A DNA stretch of 63,956 bases, filler included, from Olpidium bornovanus S191 (GCA_017911155.1; 28 parts of 28 records of this genome joined end to end with filler, not necessarily neighbours in it); one strand, 5' to 3'. Shown: positions 48,614 to 63,938, counted from the first letter of the whole stretch. Translations and numbers: made by a program. Notes: generated by a model from the letters alone, not told the origin.

Positions 48614-50388
48614 TGTGACGTCGACCGTTGGACGTCAGCTCGGGATGGTTCAGCGAGCGGGGCTGCGAGTAAGGTCCGGCGCGTGCGTTTCCTCCCGCGT
48701 TCGTTTCTTTTCCGGGCGCAGCGTCCCTCTTTCCCGCGTGTATGCGGCTCTCCGGAGCAGCGCTGCGTTCGCCGTCGTCGTCGTCCGGCGGCTGCAGCGG
48801 CCGTTCTCGCGGGCGCGACCTCGGCACGGTTTCTCCCAAGGTGATCGGTCTCTCGCCCGGTGGCCTCTTCAATTTCTGCGGCCTTCGCCGGGCGCTTCCT
48901 TCTTTTGCCCGCCCTCCTCTCTCTCTGTCTCTCTCTCTCTCCCTCTCCTTCCGCGCACGCACGCGGCTCAACCGCGCAGTCGACCGGCGCAGAAAACGGC
49001 GGTCCGGGCGTGTCTTCCTTGCCTCTTTCCACCGGCCCGCAGCAGAGCCTGTCGGGTCCCGTCGCGCCCGCGTTTTTTTTTTGCTTGAGGGGGAGAGAGT
49101 GGGGGGGGGGAAGGGGGGAGGGGGCGGGGAATTTGGTCACCAACCGAAAATTGGTTGGAATCCCGCTTCACAGTCCCTCCCGCACACGCAGCGCGCCGCC
49201 AGTCGAGAGCCGGAGCCGAAGTCGGCCGACGTCGCAAATCTCACACGCAGAACGCACACGCCCCTTCCCCCCCCTCCTTCCCCCCCCGCGGGGGACCCCC
49301 GTTCCCTCCCCGCTGTCGACGATGGCGTGAAGGCGTCTGTATGCAATCCACCTTATCCTGAAGCACGCGGCATGTTCTCCCTTCACCAAAGGCCGTTGGC
49401 CGGGTGATTTTGCGTGCAGATGCGTGTTGCATTGTTTGATTTCGATGCCGTCGACCGTTCGGCTGTCGGTCTCCGCAAATTCTGGGTCAGCNNNNNNNNN
49501 NNNNNNNNNNNNNNNNNNNNNNNNNNNNNNNNNNNTTAATTAATTAANNNNNNNNNNNNNNNNNNNNNNNNNNNNNNNNNNNNNNNNNNNNCATGACGGC
49601 GAAGCAGCAGCGTTGGGCTGCTTCCGGAATTCCTCTAAACAGGACGGTTGAAGTCAGAAAACAGGTGGCTTGTAGGGGTGGGTGTGGACAGAATTCGCGC
49701 TGCCGCCTGTCACAAGATCGGCAGAAGTTATCGTCTCCGCCAAAACCTTGCTGGTAAAGGTTTTCTGGGGACGAGGGGCACTTCCGCAAAGCCGAGGGGT
49801 GGGGGAGGGGCTTAGGTCGGGTCAGGCAGGCTGGTTACGCCGCCAAGTGCCTGGCCACGAACACGAGGACTGGCCTGCTCATACTTTTTAATTTTTTGTC
49901 GCGCTGACTGGTCCTTAACCCATCCAAACTCCAGGGGATCTGGCCCACCCAACCCAAATACGCGCTATGGGACCAGATTCCAATGGGAGCTACCGGCTAA
50001 GGCCGACGGGGATGTGGAACCTACCAATCAGCGCAAAAACGTGCGGGAAGTAGAGAGGAAGCACGTAAAGCGTGACACCCCCGCTGGTGTTGCCGCGGAA
50101 AAACCCGAACGGCGCTGCACGGTCGGAACGGTCCCTGCGCTGTGATCCTTGCACGCACACCTGCCAGCATTAAGCATTCCTCCCGGTGCCGGGAACAACT
50201 GTGGAAGCGATCAGCTGCGGTAAACGCTGGTGTTCCTCTTGTTGCTGTGCGCTAAAGGCTGGTGTTCCTCTTGTTGCAGTTCGTATTTGTCGAAGGGTAA
50301 GCCGGCGGGGATCACGATTGACTCCGTTTGACGCGTGTAGCAGAGAAGCGGTTGACAAGGCCGACCGGACTACATTACCGGAGTGTTG

Positions 50389-50445
50389 TCAATTATGATA
50401 CATCACCGACGTATCATATGATCTCAATTATGATACATCACCGAC
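50389..50445. repeat. 22-nt direct repeat x2 with an internal inverted 8-mer
   Basis: TCAATTATGATACATCACCGAC at 50389 and 50424. The 13-nt spacer starts with GTATCATA, the reverse complement of TATGATAC. Confidence 0.93.
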
Positions 50446-51310
50446 CCATGATTCGGAAGACATTAGCGAGCTATAAACGACCGTCGACCGACCTTGGTAC
50501 CAGTGTAAGCTGTCCGGGTTCAGGCCAATATGGTTCTGGAATGGGATAATATCCACCCGGAGGGCTGTCCCGATGTAGATGGAGGAAGCGGCGGACGGTT
50601 ACGCCGCCTTCCACCGTGGTCGGTCGGTCAGTTCTTCAACCTCCCTGACCCGACTGCGCCTTTCGGTCCCCGGCCGTCTCCTCCGATAGGCGCTGCCGTT
50701 GCTACCGTTTCGACGTTGAGGCCGTCGCCTCGCCGACGGGCGTCGAAATGGCATTACGCCCTCGGCGCTCTCGCTACATACCGCTCCCATCAAGTCCAAA
50801 TTGTCGAAGCCGTTGCCGCGTCGTCCGTTCACCGATACTACAGCCGCGTCGTCTTCCGCGCCCCGTCTAACCAGGCGCGGTCCCCATCCTGCCGTTGCCG
50901 TCCCTCGGCGCGCGGATGGACCTACCGATATTAAACAACACCAAGAATCGAAAAATGTAAGCTAAGCATACAATGGCCCGGAGGGACAATAAAATGCAGG
51001 TGGATGACACAACACCTCGTTGGCGTGGATTGAGTGGTGGTCTGTAGGTCCTAGAACGTGCGTGCTCTGCCTAACGTTCTTAAGAAGAAAATACCATGCG
51101 AGGCATTGCTCCAGGATTCCTGGGCCGCATTAGGTTTGCTGTCATCTCCATGGGAAGTCTCCCACACCTCATCAGGTTTTGCCGACACCTTCCGCGGACG
51201 GGAATATCATCTCGCTTGCCTAAAACCACCGGTGCAGTTGCCGTCCTTTCTGTCCTTTGCACGCGACAGCGCGGCTCGGGATGTGCCCTTCACCGAACGT
51301 TGCAAAAGTC

Positions 51311-51490
51311 TGCGGTGGGGGCCGCCCCCGCGGGATGCTGAATTCCCATGACGAGCCATAGACCTAGGGACCCAACGCTACACACAGGGCTGATGCTTGA
51401 CGTCATTTGGTGGCAGGGAAGACCCAAAGGGTCTTCTGGGGCTGTGTGAGATCCAGGGAAATGGCCTCCGGAGCCGTGGAGGCCGCGGAC
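51311..51490. ncRNA. Candidate structured RNA or hairpin-rich element, unassigned
   Basis: Stems GAAGACCC/GGGTCTTC (51418-51436), CACACAG/CTGTGTG (51381/51442), GGCCTCC/GGAGGCC (51463/51478) and TGATG/CGTCA, in a region without a convincing ORF. Confidence 0.3.
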
Positions 51491-54400
51491 AACGGTTTAT
51501 TACCTAAAGTTCTCGGACAAGCTCCTGTCCGCCCCCAAAGTTCACCTCACCCCCGCCTTGCACTCTAAAAGCTATGCATTTTCCCTCCGGAAGTCTGTGT
51601 GTGGAGGCTCCTCGACCCCTGCTATTTGAAGTCATTATTGTCGAGCCATGTCACGCCCTGGGAGGCGGAAGTGTTGGCCATAAACCGGGAAGGCAATACG
51701 GCAACGAGATCAACATAAAATCCACGAGCTGCTTTTCTCAGTTAGGCAGGCCATAGCCAAGGTGACGATGTCGTGGGGAGCTTTCTCGGGTAGGACGAGA
51801 ACCAATTGGCCAGGGTCATGACGGTGGCTAGAAATAAAGTTCCCCGCCGCTTCCACCCCCGCCCGTCCCTGTCATTTCATTTTTTTTTCCGTCGGTAGCA
51901 TCTTAACCGAGGTCATGCTGCACGGGCGCAAGCAGTTGGATCCCGCGGGCCCGGCGTCCCAGGCGGCGTTCTCTTCGCATTTTCCGGCCGGCGGAGGGGC
52001 GGCAGGCCTGACACCACACCGGCCGGTCGTGCGCACACGCGCAGTGAGCTGGTGTTCCGGGTTGTCCCGCACATAATCTGGCCGTCTGGACAGGATCTGC
52101 ACCCGCGGTTCGTTTTTTTTTCCGGAACGGACCATCAAAAGTCGAGCTCTTGCAGTCCATTCTGGCCACAAACCTTTGCAAGGTCGCAATGGTCCAATGT
52201 GCGCTTCGAATAGCCTTCCATCAACGTACGAGTGCCCCGACGCGGCACATTTCTGCATTAAGACCTATTGTTCATACGCGCTGTAGCGTGTTTTCGCGGT
52301 CTAGCATTGTTTTCGGTCCCAAAAACCATTCAGATGCTCTATTCTGGCGGTTACAAACCTGTTCTAATTTATCCTCTGATCGTGAATGGAAAGCTGTCGC
52401 TGTACGCAACGGTCTAAAGCTCCCGGTTTGAAAGTAACGGAGGACCGGTGATGACTAAAATGTGCCTTTTTTCAGCACCCCAGCTGCTTTGGAGTGACTC
52501 TCCTACGGCTTTTTTTCCTGCGACCTTTGAAGTCCCAGCACTCGGCTGGTTCGAGAATTCCAGGTTGCAGGGCCGCCAATTGCTGTTCTGCAAGGGCGCG
52601 CGAAGCGCTACTTGACCTCCAGAGTGATGCCTGGCGTCCCCGTTCCCGCGCGTGCCAATGAGAGGCCCTTGCTGCGAGGCGTGCGGAAAAAGAAAGTCGG
52701 AAAATTCAGGGTCGGCCGTTGCTACCGTGTAACAAGTCTATCCCACAGTTGTGCTGCCCGGGGGGACAAAATTATCACGAGGCCGGTTCCAGTTTGAGAT
52801 CGAGATCTGGAATTCGAAGATGCGCTCTTCGTATGGGCTTTGGCGGTTCCAGGATCTAAAATCGTAAACCGGCCGGGCCTATTTGTGCGCGCGCTGTGAG
52901 CTGCGTCGGGTCGCCGACGCCAAACCAACTGCCCAGTGTCGACCCTCCCGCACGCCCGGCTCCCGGAAGCGGTGCAGGAATTCTCTGCGGAATCCGGATC
53001 ATCCCGTACGAGCAAGCCGAAGCTTTGGTGCCGTGTACCGCCGCGTTTTTCTGTCGGCATAGCGCCGAACGACGTTGCGGTCCGGCGACCGCACGAAGTG
53101 CAATCCCCCCCCCCTCTACGCCGGTTCTATTTCTTTGAAACGCGTCTGCCGGGCGCGAGTGCCCGGGTGCTGGCGCCCCGGGTGGGTTTTTTTTTTGACC
53201 CCGTCCGCGCTCCGCGGATTATCCTGGAGCAGGCCGCGCGCAAACAGGAGGCGCGTCACCGGGGCGGGGCGAGCCTTCGTCGAAAGGGTCGCATTTCGTC
53301 CTCCCTGTCGCCGGCGGGATGCAGTTTTCGGGACCGCCAAGCCTCCCCCTTTTAACCTCGCACGTTTTTTTTTTGGCCCCCCGCCTCAAAGCGCGCCCTG
53401 AACAAGAGGCTGTACCGGAATTTACTGACCCCGAACCCGCATCAGGGCGGTAATCGTCAAGTCAATGCCGTCCTCAATCGCAAAACCACTTTACTTAACA
53501 CATCCTCTATCAATGCCGGACGACCAACCATCTCACAATGAACCGTCGGGTTATTTGTTTTGATTGCGACCAGCTGGCCACACACGGTTGTGGATATTCA
53601 TCGTTTTTGCACCCTCATCTCAACTCCAGAGATGACGTTCTACATGCGAACACCAAGGATGTCGGCACGCAGACTGCTGGGACCGGCACCGTGCGCATCC
53701 AGGCAACCCAACGTGATCTGGATCTCCAAAACATTCTGTATGCGCTAAATCTTTGACATACACTTCTGCTACTTGGCAAGGCAACCTGGCCAGGGCTTCC
53801 GCTTTTTTTTTTTTTTTTTTTTTGTACGAGGATGGTGCGGTCACTGTGTACCACAAGTCTCAACTAGTCGCTACCGGCCATCGGACAGATGCCGACCTGT
53901 TTGAGCCCAACGAGCTCGGCGATACCGCTCCCTGCCACGCCGACACTTGACTCTGGTGATGACGACAACGACGACAAGCATGNNNNNNNNNNNNNNNNNN
54001 NNNNNNNNNNNNNNNNNNNNNNNNNNTTAATTAATTAANNNNNNNNNNNNNNNNNNNNNNNNNNNNNNNNNNNNNNNNNNNNCCATGGCGTTGTTTTGGG
54101 TGAGTGCGTGGTATGAGTGCTCTCTTGAAGAAATACCAGCCTACTGCGTGAGTACGGGTACTCATAGCTAGCGAGGGCTGCCTCGTTTACCGTAGTATCC
54201 TGCGCCGTCACGTGCTCCGCAACGCGCGTTCATTGGCTCGCAAACGTGCGTTTTCCGGCTCTCATTTGCCTTCATTGTTCGCCTTGACCTCGCGCGCCCA
54301 TCACCGGACCGATGCACAATCAGATCTACTTCGGCAGGCCGACTTCGCTTTTTGCCAAATCCCGCGCGCCCCTGCGCGAGGCCCGCTTTAAGCAATGAGT

Positions 54401-54537
54401 CGCACCCTAGCGGAAGTAATTTTGCATCCTGCCGGCCTTCATCAAAATTGCTCACGGGCTACCCACGGCCCCACCGAACGTCGCCCCGCCCGGCACTTCT
54501 TATGCGAGGTAGGAGTGAGGAAGCACACAAAGAGAAC

Positions 54538-54571
54538 CCTGGCATAGAGCGGCTCCTGGCATAGAGCGGCT
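54538..54571. repeat. 17-nt perfect tandem duplication
   Basis: CCTGGCATAGAGCGGCT x2. Confidence 0.95.
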
Positions 54572-55875
54572 CGCCTGGAGATGCTTCTGAACGGCGCGCC
54601 GCGAAGTGGAACAGGGTTCCTGGCGATGATGAAAAAACCGCAATAGTGCGCGACCATCGGCATTGTTGCTGCGTTGGGCCACGAGCTCGGTAACGGACGC
54701 CCGGAGCTTGCCGTGGTACTAGTTTCAACATCGTGAACCCGCTCGACAAGCGCGACGGATACCTGTATTTGACGCCGTCAGGGGCCGCTTTCAACAAAGA
54801 CAGCGAGGCGGCAGCACCGGGGAAGACCTGTACGTGGATTTCGGAGACCACCAACTGATGCAGAAAGGTCTACAGACGGTAGGACCGGTAAAGAAAGAAG
54901 TGGGTTCCGAAAACGGCCACTGGTGTGTGGAAACACGCGGGAAGGCTGCAGGATCGGGAAAGGACCTGCGTATGGAATACGATGAGGACGTATGCCGCGT
55001 GCAGGAACGTAAAAATAATTTCAAATACGACGGCTCTACCGTGAATGGATACGTCGCGGCCCCAGGACCGACCCTCGAAATGCATTCCGACTACTACATT
55101 TTTCGCGTGCAGGGACGCGCAAGACTGATAACCAGGTAATTTGGATGAGGAATCCGAATCGGACGGCTGACTCAAGGAAGTTTCCCGGCCGAATACAAGG
55201 ATAAGTCAGGGAAATCACATTGGAATGGATCCTAAGGATTGCGGCTCGCCTGAGGACGAGGATGGCAGCTGGTCTGAAGAGTAATCTGCCCCAGTGGAAT
55301 TGTCGTATGGTGATTACGAAATCACCGCTTTCTCCTTCATCACACCGCCCTACACAGCCGTTTCTTTCTCATTGGTAATTCTAGCGAAAGGGGGATGGAA
55401 AAGGCGAGGGAGCGGAGCGAAGCTTGATCTGCTCGTTGCCGTTGCGCGCTTTGCGCGTTTTCACATTTCTCTATTAGGCGCGGTCTATCAGGACATCGGC
55501 GCGGAAGGCAGCAAGTGAATTCCTCAGAACGACCGTGCTCGACAGGCCTGGCAGAACCTGGGGCGTTAACGATGATCGTTCACAGGTGGGTCTCTTCTTT
55601 TCAAGAGGCAGAATCCGCAGGGTTAGGTCGGCACATCTGGAATTCCAACCCCGCGCTGTTTGCGGAAAGCCTAATGCGTCAAATATTGATAATGCTGTCC
55701 CTCCCGGCGGCACAACCAAGCATTTAAGCATGTAGCATTGATATTCGGGATGCAGAACGCTTGTAGGATTGTTGGGCCTCATCAAAACGGCAATAGAGAG
55801 TGAGGAGACGGCGGGCTTGCGATGGCGAAGCATTGGAACGAACAGGGTCTACCGAAGCAAGAGGCGATACCCTAA

Positions 55876-56014
55876 TCAGATGGCCTCCGCTCTGGCCTTC
55901 GACCTCTCCTGCTGAGACTGCTTCTGTAGCGCGTTGAGCGCGCTGCGCCCGCCGCCCTCGCGTTCCACCTGGGCGGTACGGCCCTGAGCCGAGGCCTCCC
56001 TGTTCGCATGCTGC
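55876..56014 (-). CDS. Probable 3' end of an unidentified gene
   Basis: Frame open from the contig edge: QHANREASAQG...ALQKQSQQERSKARAEAI*. Confidence 0.35.
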
Positions 56015-56834
56015 NNNNNNNNNNNNNNNNNNNNNNNNNNNNNNNNNNNNNNNNNNNNTTAATTAATTAANNNNNNNNNNNNNNNNNNNNNNNNNNNNNN
56101 NNNNNNNNNNNNNNAGAAAAAAAAATAGAAAAAAGGGTACGCTGGCGGCCGCAACCAAAGACAAAGGGCAATTTCTAGCGCTATCTTGGAGGGAGCAAAG
56201 CTCACAAAGGTCAGTTCATGGGCAGCGGCCAGTGTTCCTCCCGCAACAGAGCAAGAGAAAAGTCGCTGAGAAGTCAAAGCAGGTTCGGCCTTTGCGGAGG
56301 GACGTGCGGGGGCAGCGCGCGCGCGCCCCTGCTCCCCGCGTGCATGAGGATGATCACTGCACGGAATGCTAAGCCGCGTCTCCCGCAATAAACTAACCGC
56401 TTCCGTTTCCGCGTTTCGCCACCTGTCTGGAGCGCAAGCGGGGTGGGGGGAAAGCCGTCCGCCCCGCGCGCTCGGCTCGTTCCTCCCAACGCGCCCACCC
56501 AACGCCCGCCCGCCCGCCCGCCCGCCCGCCTTTTCCCCCGCCTTCCCCCCTCGCACGTCAGCCCCGGGCCGCACCCCGCCCCCGCGGGAGGTGAAACGCC
56601 GCCGCCGCCGCCGCCGCGTGGAACCACCGGAGGGCCAGACAGGGCGGCGGTCGAGCACACGGGCCCGCCCGTCCCGCTCCCCAGCACGTCCCGCGTACGC
56701 CCCCCATTCCCCCTCCCCCCATCCACCCGTGCGCAGCCGCGGCGGGGCGGGGGCTACTTGGCGGGTCGGTCTCTGTCCGCCGGTCAGGTGCACTGCCCGG
56801 CGCCAGCTACGGCCACAAAACAAAAAAGAGAAAC

Positions 56835-58850
<2,016 letters not shown>

Positions 58851-61090
58851 NNNNNNNNNNNNNNNNNNNNNNNNNNNNNNNNNNNNNNNNNNNNTTAATT
58901 AATTAANNNNNNNNNNNNNNNNNNNNNNNNNNNNNNNNNNNNNNNNNNNNCAGCGGCATCAACGGAGGCAATGAAAGGTGGCAAAGCCTACAGACAGATC
59001 GGATTCAAACCGGAAACTTGCGATTGGGGCGTGGGCTACCCAAATCCAGGCTTGAATCCAAGGATGACATGACGACCTCGATGCAGGCGGCGGCACATCG
59101 CATCGGTATGTGGGGTGCCCATACTTGTGGTGCCCTTGCGTGTGGGATTCACGCGGGTAGATCACGTGATCTGGGAGGCACACAACAGTGTAGGCTCACC
59201 TGGTGTGTCCGCAGCAGCTGCGCACATGACCGCTACCGCCTACATCGTGAGAGCACTAAACGGGCGCAATCCCGCTCCGGGATGATGCCCTGCCAGCGCG
59301 TGCCGATCCTGGAAGTGTCCACGTTGCCCGGAGGCGTTACTGTGACAATACCGCTGCTCCTGGCGATCCGCGTGCTGATCCTTTTTCCCCTGGTTGCTTT
59401 GCTGCAGACATGTCACCATTAGTCACCCAGGCCGCATGCTGTAGTTATTTTGGCCTTTGGCCCTCATGCGTAATTATTGAGAATTGGGCCGGGGCTCATA
59501 ATATTCCCCCCCTTTTTTTTCTTGAAAATGATACGTCGCGGCTGTTGGCGTACGATAGCTTACCCTGGCCAGTTAGGGTCAGGGATTTTTGTGGGCGTAC
59601 GATAGCTTTGTCGTACGCCCACATGCCGCGGCGTAACGAACAATCGTTATTTTTTGCATCTACCGCCCCATTTGGGCCAACGGGAACATGAGTGTTTGTT
59701 CCATTCCGGCGTGCGCATTAAAACATTCCCGAAACCGCGGGAGGAGCCGCTCCCGGGAACCACAACGAACAAACAAACAAACAAAGAAAAAACCCAATGG
59801 AACCAGGAGAAAGACGCTGGCTTTGGCACGACGGGAAATGATTGCGGATGGGCGCGCAAGAAGCGAAAGCGTCGGGTAAGTAGCGGAAGGCAGGAGGAAC
59901 GGTGGCCCGTCACTCCTCCCCCACATTCCTCCACCTCTTCGCGGGCACACCACCCAGGCCGCGTGGCTTATGTCTCTCCCTTGCTGCCCTGGCGCGAGTC
60001 TCTTCGCCGGAGAATTGCAAAACAGACTCCACGTTTTGCAATCCGCGTCTCGCGAGGCTAGTCTTGGGGTCCTCTTTTAACGCCTTTTGCTTATTCCAAT
60101 TACGTTTGCGTGGTCTATTCTAGCTGGCCCACGGTCCGCACGTCACCGGCCGCTCTGAACCGAATCTGCCTCCGTGTCTGTGTCCGCTTCCCCTTATGTG
60201 ACGGCATTCTTTTCACAACGGCCTCGCTTCCTGCGGGGTTTGTGTGGCCGCCACGCACATAAATGTTTGCCATGCACATATTCCACCTCTCTGCAAACCG
60301 GGCTTTTAAGCGGTGAGTCTCGTGAAGCAAACTTGAAAAACTTTTTGGCTGGTGATGAATATAGAAACATTCCATGCTAAGTCCGAGAGGCGCAAGCCGT
60401 GAGGACAGCAGTTTTTTCAAGCAATTGAACTTTCTGAAAATGTCTCGCTTCGTTGCTACCGCTTTTTTGCCGTGTTGCGGCGACGAAACTTAATATCCAT
60501 TCGTTCTCTCCTGACGCAGCTGGGAAACCAAATTTTGACGCAACCCTGCGCGTATGCCCCGAGGTTCCTTGGGCAGACGGCGTTTTTTCCTTGGTCGACG
60601 CATCTGCTGGCACGGAGGCGTGGACGTCGGTTTACCTTCTCCACCGGCCGTTGGATAACTGCCGATTTTTTGTAATTTTTTGAAACCGACGCGGTGCGTA
60701 TCACTTTCCACTGGCTTCCATTTTCCCACTCTGCTGATGAGCGTTCAATTTCCATGNNNNNNNNNNNNNNNNNNNNNNNNNNNNNNNNNNNNNNNNNNNN
60801 TTAATTAATTAANNNNNNNNNNNNNNNNNNNNNNNNNNNNNNNNNNNNNNNNNNNNCTGACGAGGGGAGGAATAGACGCTTAACCTTGCCGCAGTACAAC
60901 GTGGCCAAGCGAGCAGAACAGTTCGACAGGTTTGACGGCGCGATGGCCGTCGGCGGGGGACCCGTCGCCGTGACATGGGGTGACAGCGGCAACGGCGTCT
61001 CGCCTTTACGGCGTCGACGAGGCGGCGAGGGCATCGTCAGCGGCTGTCGACGACGGGAAGAGCAATGGAGCGAACAAAGACGAAAGGGCG

Positions 61091-61128
61091 GTGAGCAAAA
61101 ACAAGCTCAGTGAGCAAAAACAAGCTCA
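61091..61128. repeat. 19-nt perfect tandem duplication upstream of the Ty3 relic
   Basis: GTGAGCAAAAACAAGCTCA x2. Confidence 0.93.
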
Positions 61129-61783
61129 AAAACAAACGCGACGGCGGGAGCTCGGGCACCGTGGCGCGGTGACGGCCCGGTGACGGCGCGGCAAAGCGGC
61201 GCAGCGGGGGCGGTGCGGCGGGGGCGGCGCGGCGGGGGCGGCGCGGCGGGTTCGGCGCAGCGGGCGCTGAGCAGCGGAAAGCGACGGGAAAATGGTGTCT
61301 CGAAGACGACGCAAAACGGTCGTCGTTCGGCGACGAAAACAAAAACAAACGAACGCAAGCGCAAAAAGCGGCTGCTGCGACGAAATGATGGCGGAGGGAC
61401 GCAGAAAAATTCTGCGAAGAACAGCCAAACGCAGCGGCGCTAAAGCGAAGGCGCGCGGCGTCGAACGCGAGGAACGACGACGCGGTTTTCGTTGGTCGAA
61501 AAGACCTCGGACGGCGCAGCGGAAGGCGGCGCGGCGGGGGGCGGAGCGCGGGCGCTGCGGGGGTCGGAGCGAAGGAGCTGGTTGAAGGATGGTTCTTCCT
61601 CGGATTCCCCATTTTGTAGTGAGACCGACCGGAGGTCGAAGTCTATTCAGGTGTGCCCGAGGGCCGACTGGCTATATAGGTACAGGTCACGTGCCCGTCG
61701 AGGTCGAGGGGCACACTACACCGCCCCCGGGATTCTGGGAGCTCGCGGCCGCCGCCTAAAGGGGGGGTGCCCCGAAGCCGCTT

Positions 61784-62665
61784 TTGGCGTTGCGCGAGAA
61801 CAGCCCTGCTGGGGTCACAAGCGCCACGGCGTCGACCGCGAAGGACAAGAAGACGAAACCGGCGTATACCCTGCAGGTCATGGTGCGGGGAAGGGACCCG
61901 GAACAACTGGCCGTCGATGTGGTTCTCGGCGCCACCGCAACAGTGGATGTTGTGACCTTGTTGAACGTAGTCCCCATATTTATGCTGCAGGCCATTAATC
62001 AGCAACTGAGGACCAAAAGGGTAGCTGTTCAAGCGACGCGACTTGAAGAGGGTGAGACAGACATGTCATCGGAGGCGGCGGGTGCACGACGGGAGCTCGA
62101 CTTTGACGTGATCCAGCTGCCCGAGGCGAACACCGTCCCCGTCAGAGGGGAACCGTCGGTTGGTCGTGTCCACGCAACGAGGGTGCCCGGCCCGGAGCCT
62201 CCGTCTGAGATCGAAAATGGGGCCTGGGCGCGGTCAGGCCTGCAAGTCGAGGTGTTCATCCCGAGTCTCGGGCGCACCGTCCGTGCCTTGATTGATTCTG
62301 GCAGTGAGATCACTGTGGCCAACGCTCAGCTCGCTGCCGAAGCAAACTGACTGTATGATCCGCGGCCTAACTGGCAGATGTGCACGGCGCACGAGAATTC
62401 GTATCTGCGCGGGGCCTGTCCCAATATCTGTCTCGACGTCGGCGACCTGCCGACTGAAGTCAACCTGTTCATTCAAGAAGACCTCGGGTATCCACTTATT
62501 TTGGGTCAAACGTGGTTGATGGCCGCGAGGTTGGGCATGCAATGCCAGCCCGACGGAACGGAAGTGGCCTGGATTTCGAGCGCAGACGAGAAAAAGGTGC
62601 GTTGTTGGGTCGTTGTGGGGAACCGTGATGCGCTGTCACAGGCGCACGCCTGCAGGCCGCTCTAG
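61784..62665 (+). mobile_element. Ty3/gypsy-type gag-end + aspartic protease relic with in-frame TGA
   Basis: VRALIDSGSEITV (catalytic DSG), flap WQMCTAH and YPLILGQTWL. ORFs 61784-62350 and 62378-62665 share a frame, separated by TGA at 62348-62350. Confidence 0.8.
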
Positions 62666-62852
62666 TCACGTGCCTGGCCACTAGACACACCAAGGTGCGC
62701 CTACCCCGCGGTGTGGCCCCCGCCCCCGTCACATGACCCACATGGGCGCGCCNNNNNNNNNNNNNNNNNNNNNNNNNNNNNNNNNNNNNNNNNNNNTTAA
62801 TTAATTAANNNNNNNNNNNNNNNNNNNNNNNNNNNNNNNNNNNNNNNNNNNN

Positions 62853-63880
62853 CCATGTTGATGACCACGCTCAGAAAGGAAGGTCTGTGGGGGATCCGCT
62901 TCTCACAGCACAAACGGGGAAAAAAAAAATCAAAAAAAGAAAAGAAGATTTCCGATCAAATAAAAAAAGAAAGATGCGTTTTCCAGGGTTCTTCAAACTG
63001 TTTCGCGGCATCTCACCGTCCGGTAAGTCAAACAAAAAATTTTTTTTTTTACCTTACTGGAAATCCCCGGGAAACAATAGCCGTTTTTGGCGCCGGCGTT
63101 AAATTTTTTTATTATTAGTTTTGGGTTCGTTCCCGGGCCAGGCGGCGTACTACACGTCTTACGAACTGTTTAGCCACAAGGTGAAGGAGCTGTTGCCGTT
63201 GGACTGGCGAGATGACTCGGACCCGGTTTCGGGGTTCGTCATCCACAGCATCGCCGGGGGCATGGCCGAGATCGCGGGCGGGATTTGTGAGTTTCAGCGC
63301 GGGGTCCTTATACGACGACGGGGAAGGTTTCCGGAGGGGAGGGGAGGAATCAGGCAGTGTCGCTCGGGTGTGATTTTTGAGCCGGACCCAGCTGACCAGG
63401 TCGGGGGGTGTGGTGCGGGCCTGTCAATCCCGCCCTTACAGTCTACGTACCTGCAGACATCGTCTCGCAGCGACTGCAGGTACAGGGGTTAGAAACATCT
63501 GCGCGCTACTCCGGGGCCATAGGTCGTACGGTGCCAAGGGAACGTTTTCGCCCGCGGTCGGGGGTTCGGTGTCGTCGTGGATTGACAGGTGGCACTATCT
63601 CTCTCCCTCTCTCTGCTCTTTTCTTTCTAAACTTTCTCTCTCTCTCTCTCTCCCTCTCTCTCTCTCTCTACAACTCTCTCTCTCTTTCCCTCTCTTTGTT
63701 TGAAAGACATCATCAAGACGACGTTCCGCCGCGAAGGCATCAGGGGCTTCTACCGCGGCTCGAAGGCCTACGTCATAGCCTACGCTCCGGGCAGCGCGAT
63801 ATACTGGGGCTCGTACGAGACGTTCAAGAAGCTCTGGTTCGGGGCCTTCCGGTGGGCGTGGCCGGACGCGGAGCGGCAGG
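62853..63880 (+). CDS. Mitochondrial carrier, SLC25A44-like, partial
   Basis: FPGQAAYYTSYE, HSIAGGMAEIAG, YVPADIVSQRLQ (Px[DE]xx[KR] signature variant), DIIKTTFRREGIRGFYRG...YAPGSAIYWGSYE. Confidence 0.85.
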
Positions 63881-63901
63881 CGGCGGTCGGCGGGGGGGGG
63901 G

Positions 63902-63938
<37 letters not shown>

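Noticed and set aside
50389-50445. Mini CRISPR array
   Set aside because: Only two repeats, a 13-nt spacer derived from the repeat itself, no cas genes, and a eukaryotic context.
51388-51462. Hammerhead ribozyme
   Set aside because: The core reads CUGAUGC rather than CUGANGA, and GAAA is not positioned after a stem II.
58951-60756. Several short ORFs and possible exons on this contig
   Set aside because: No recognisable motif and no consistent spliced model could be built by eye.
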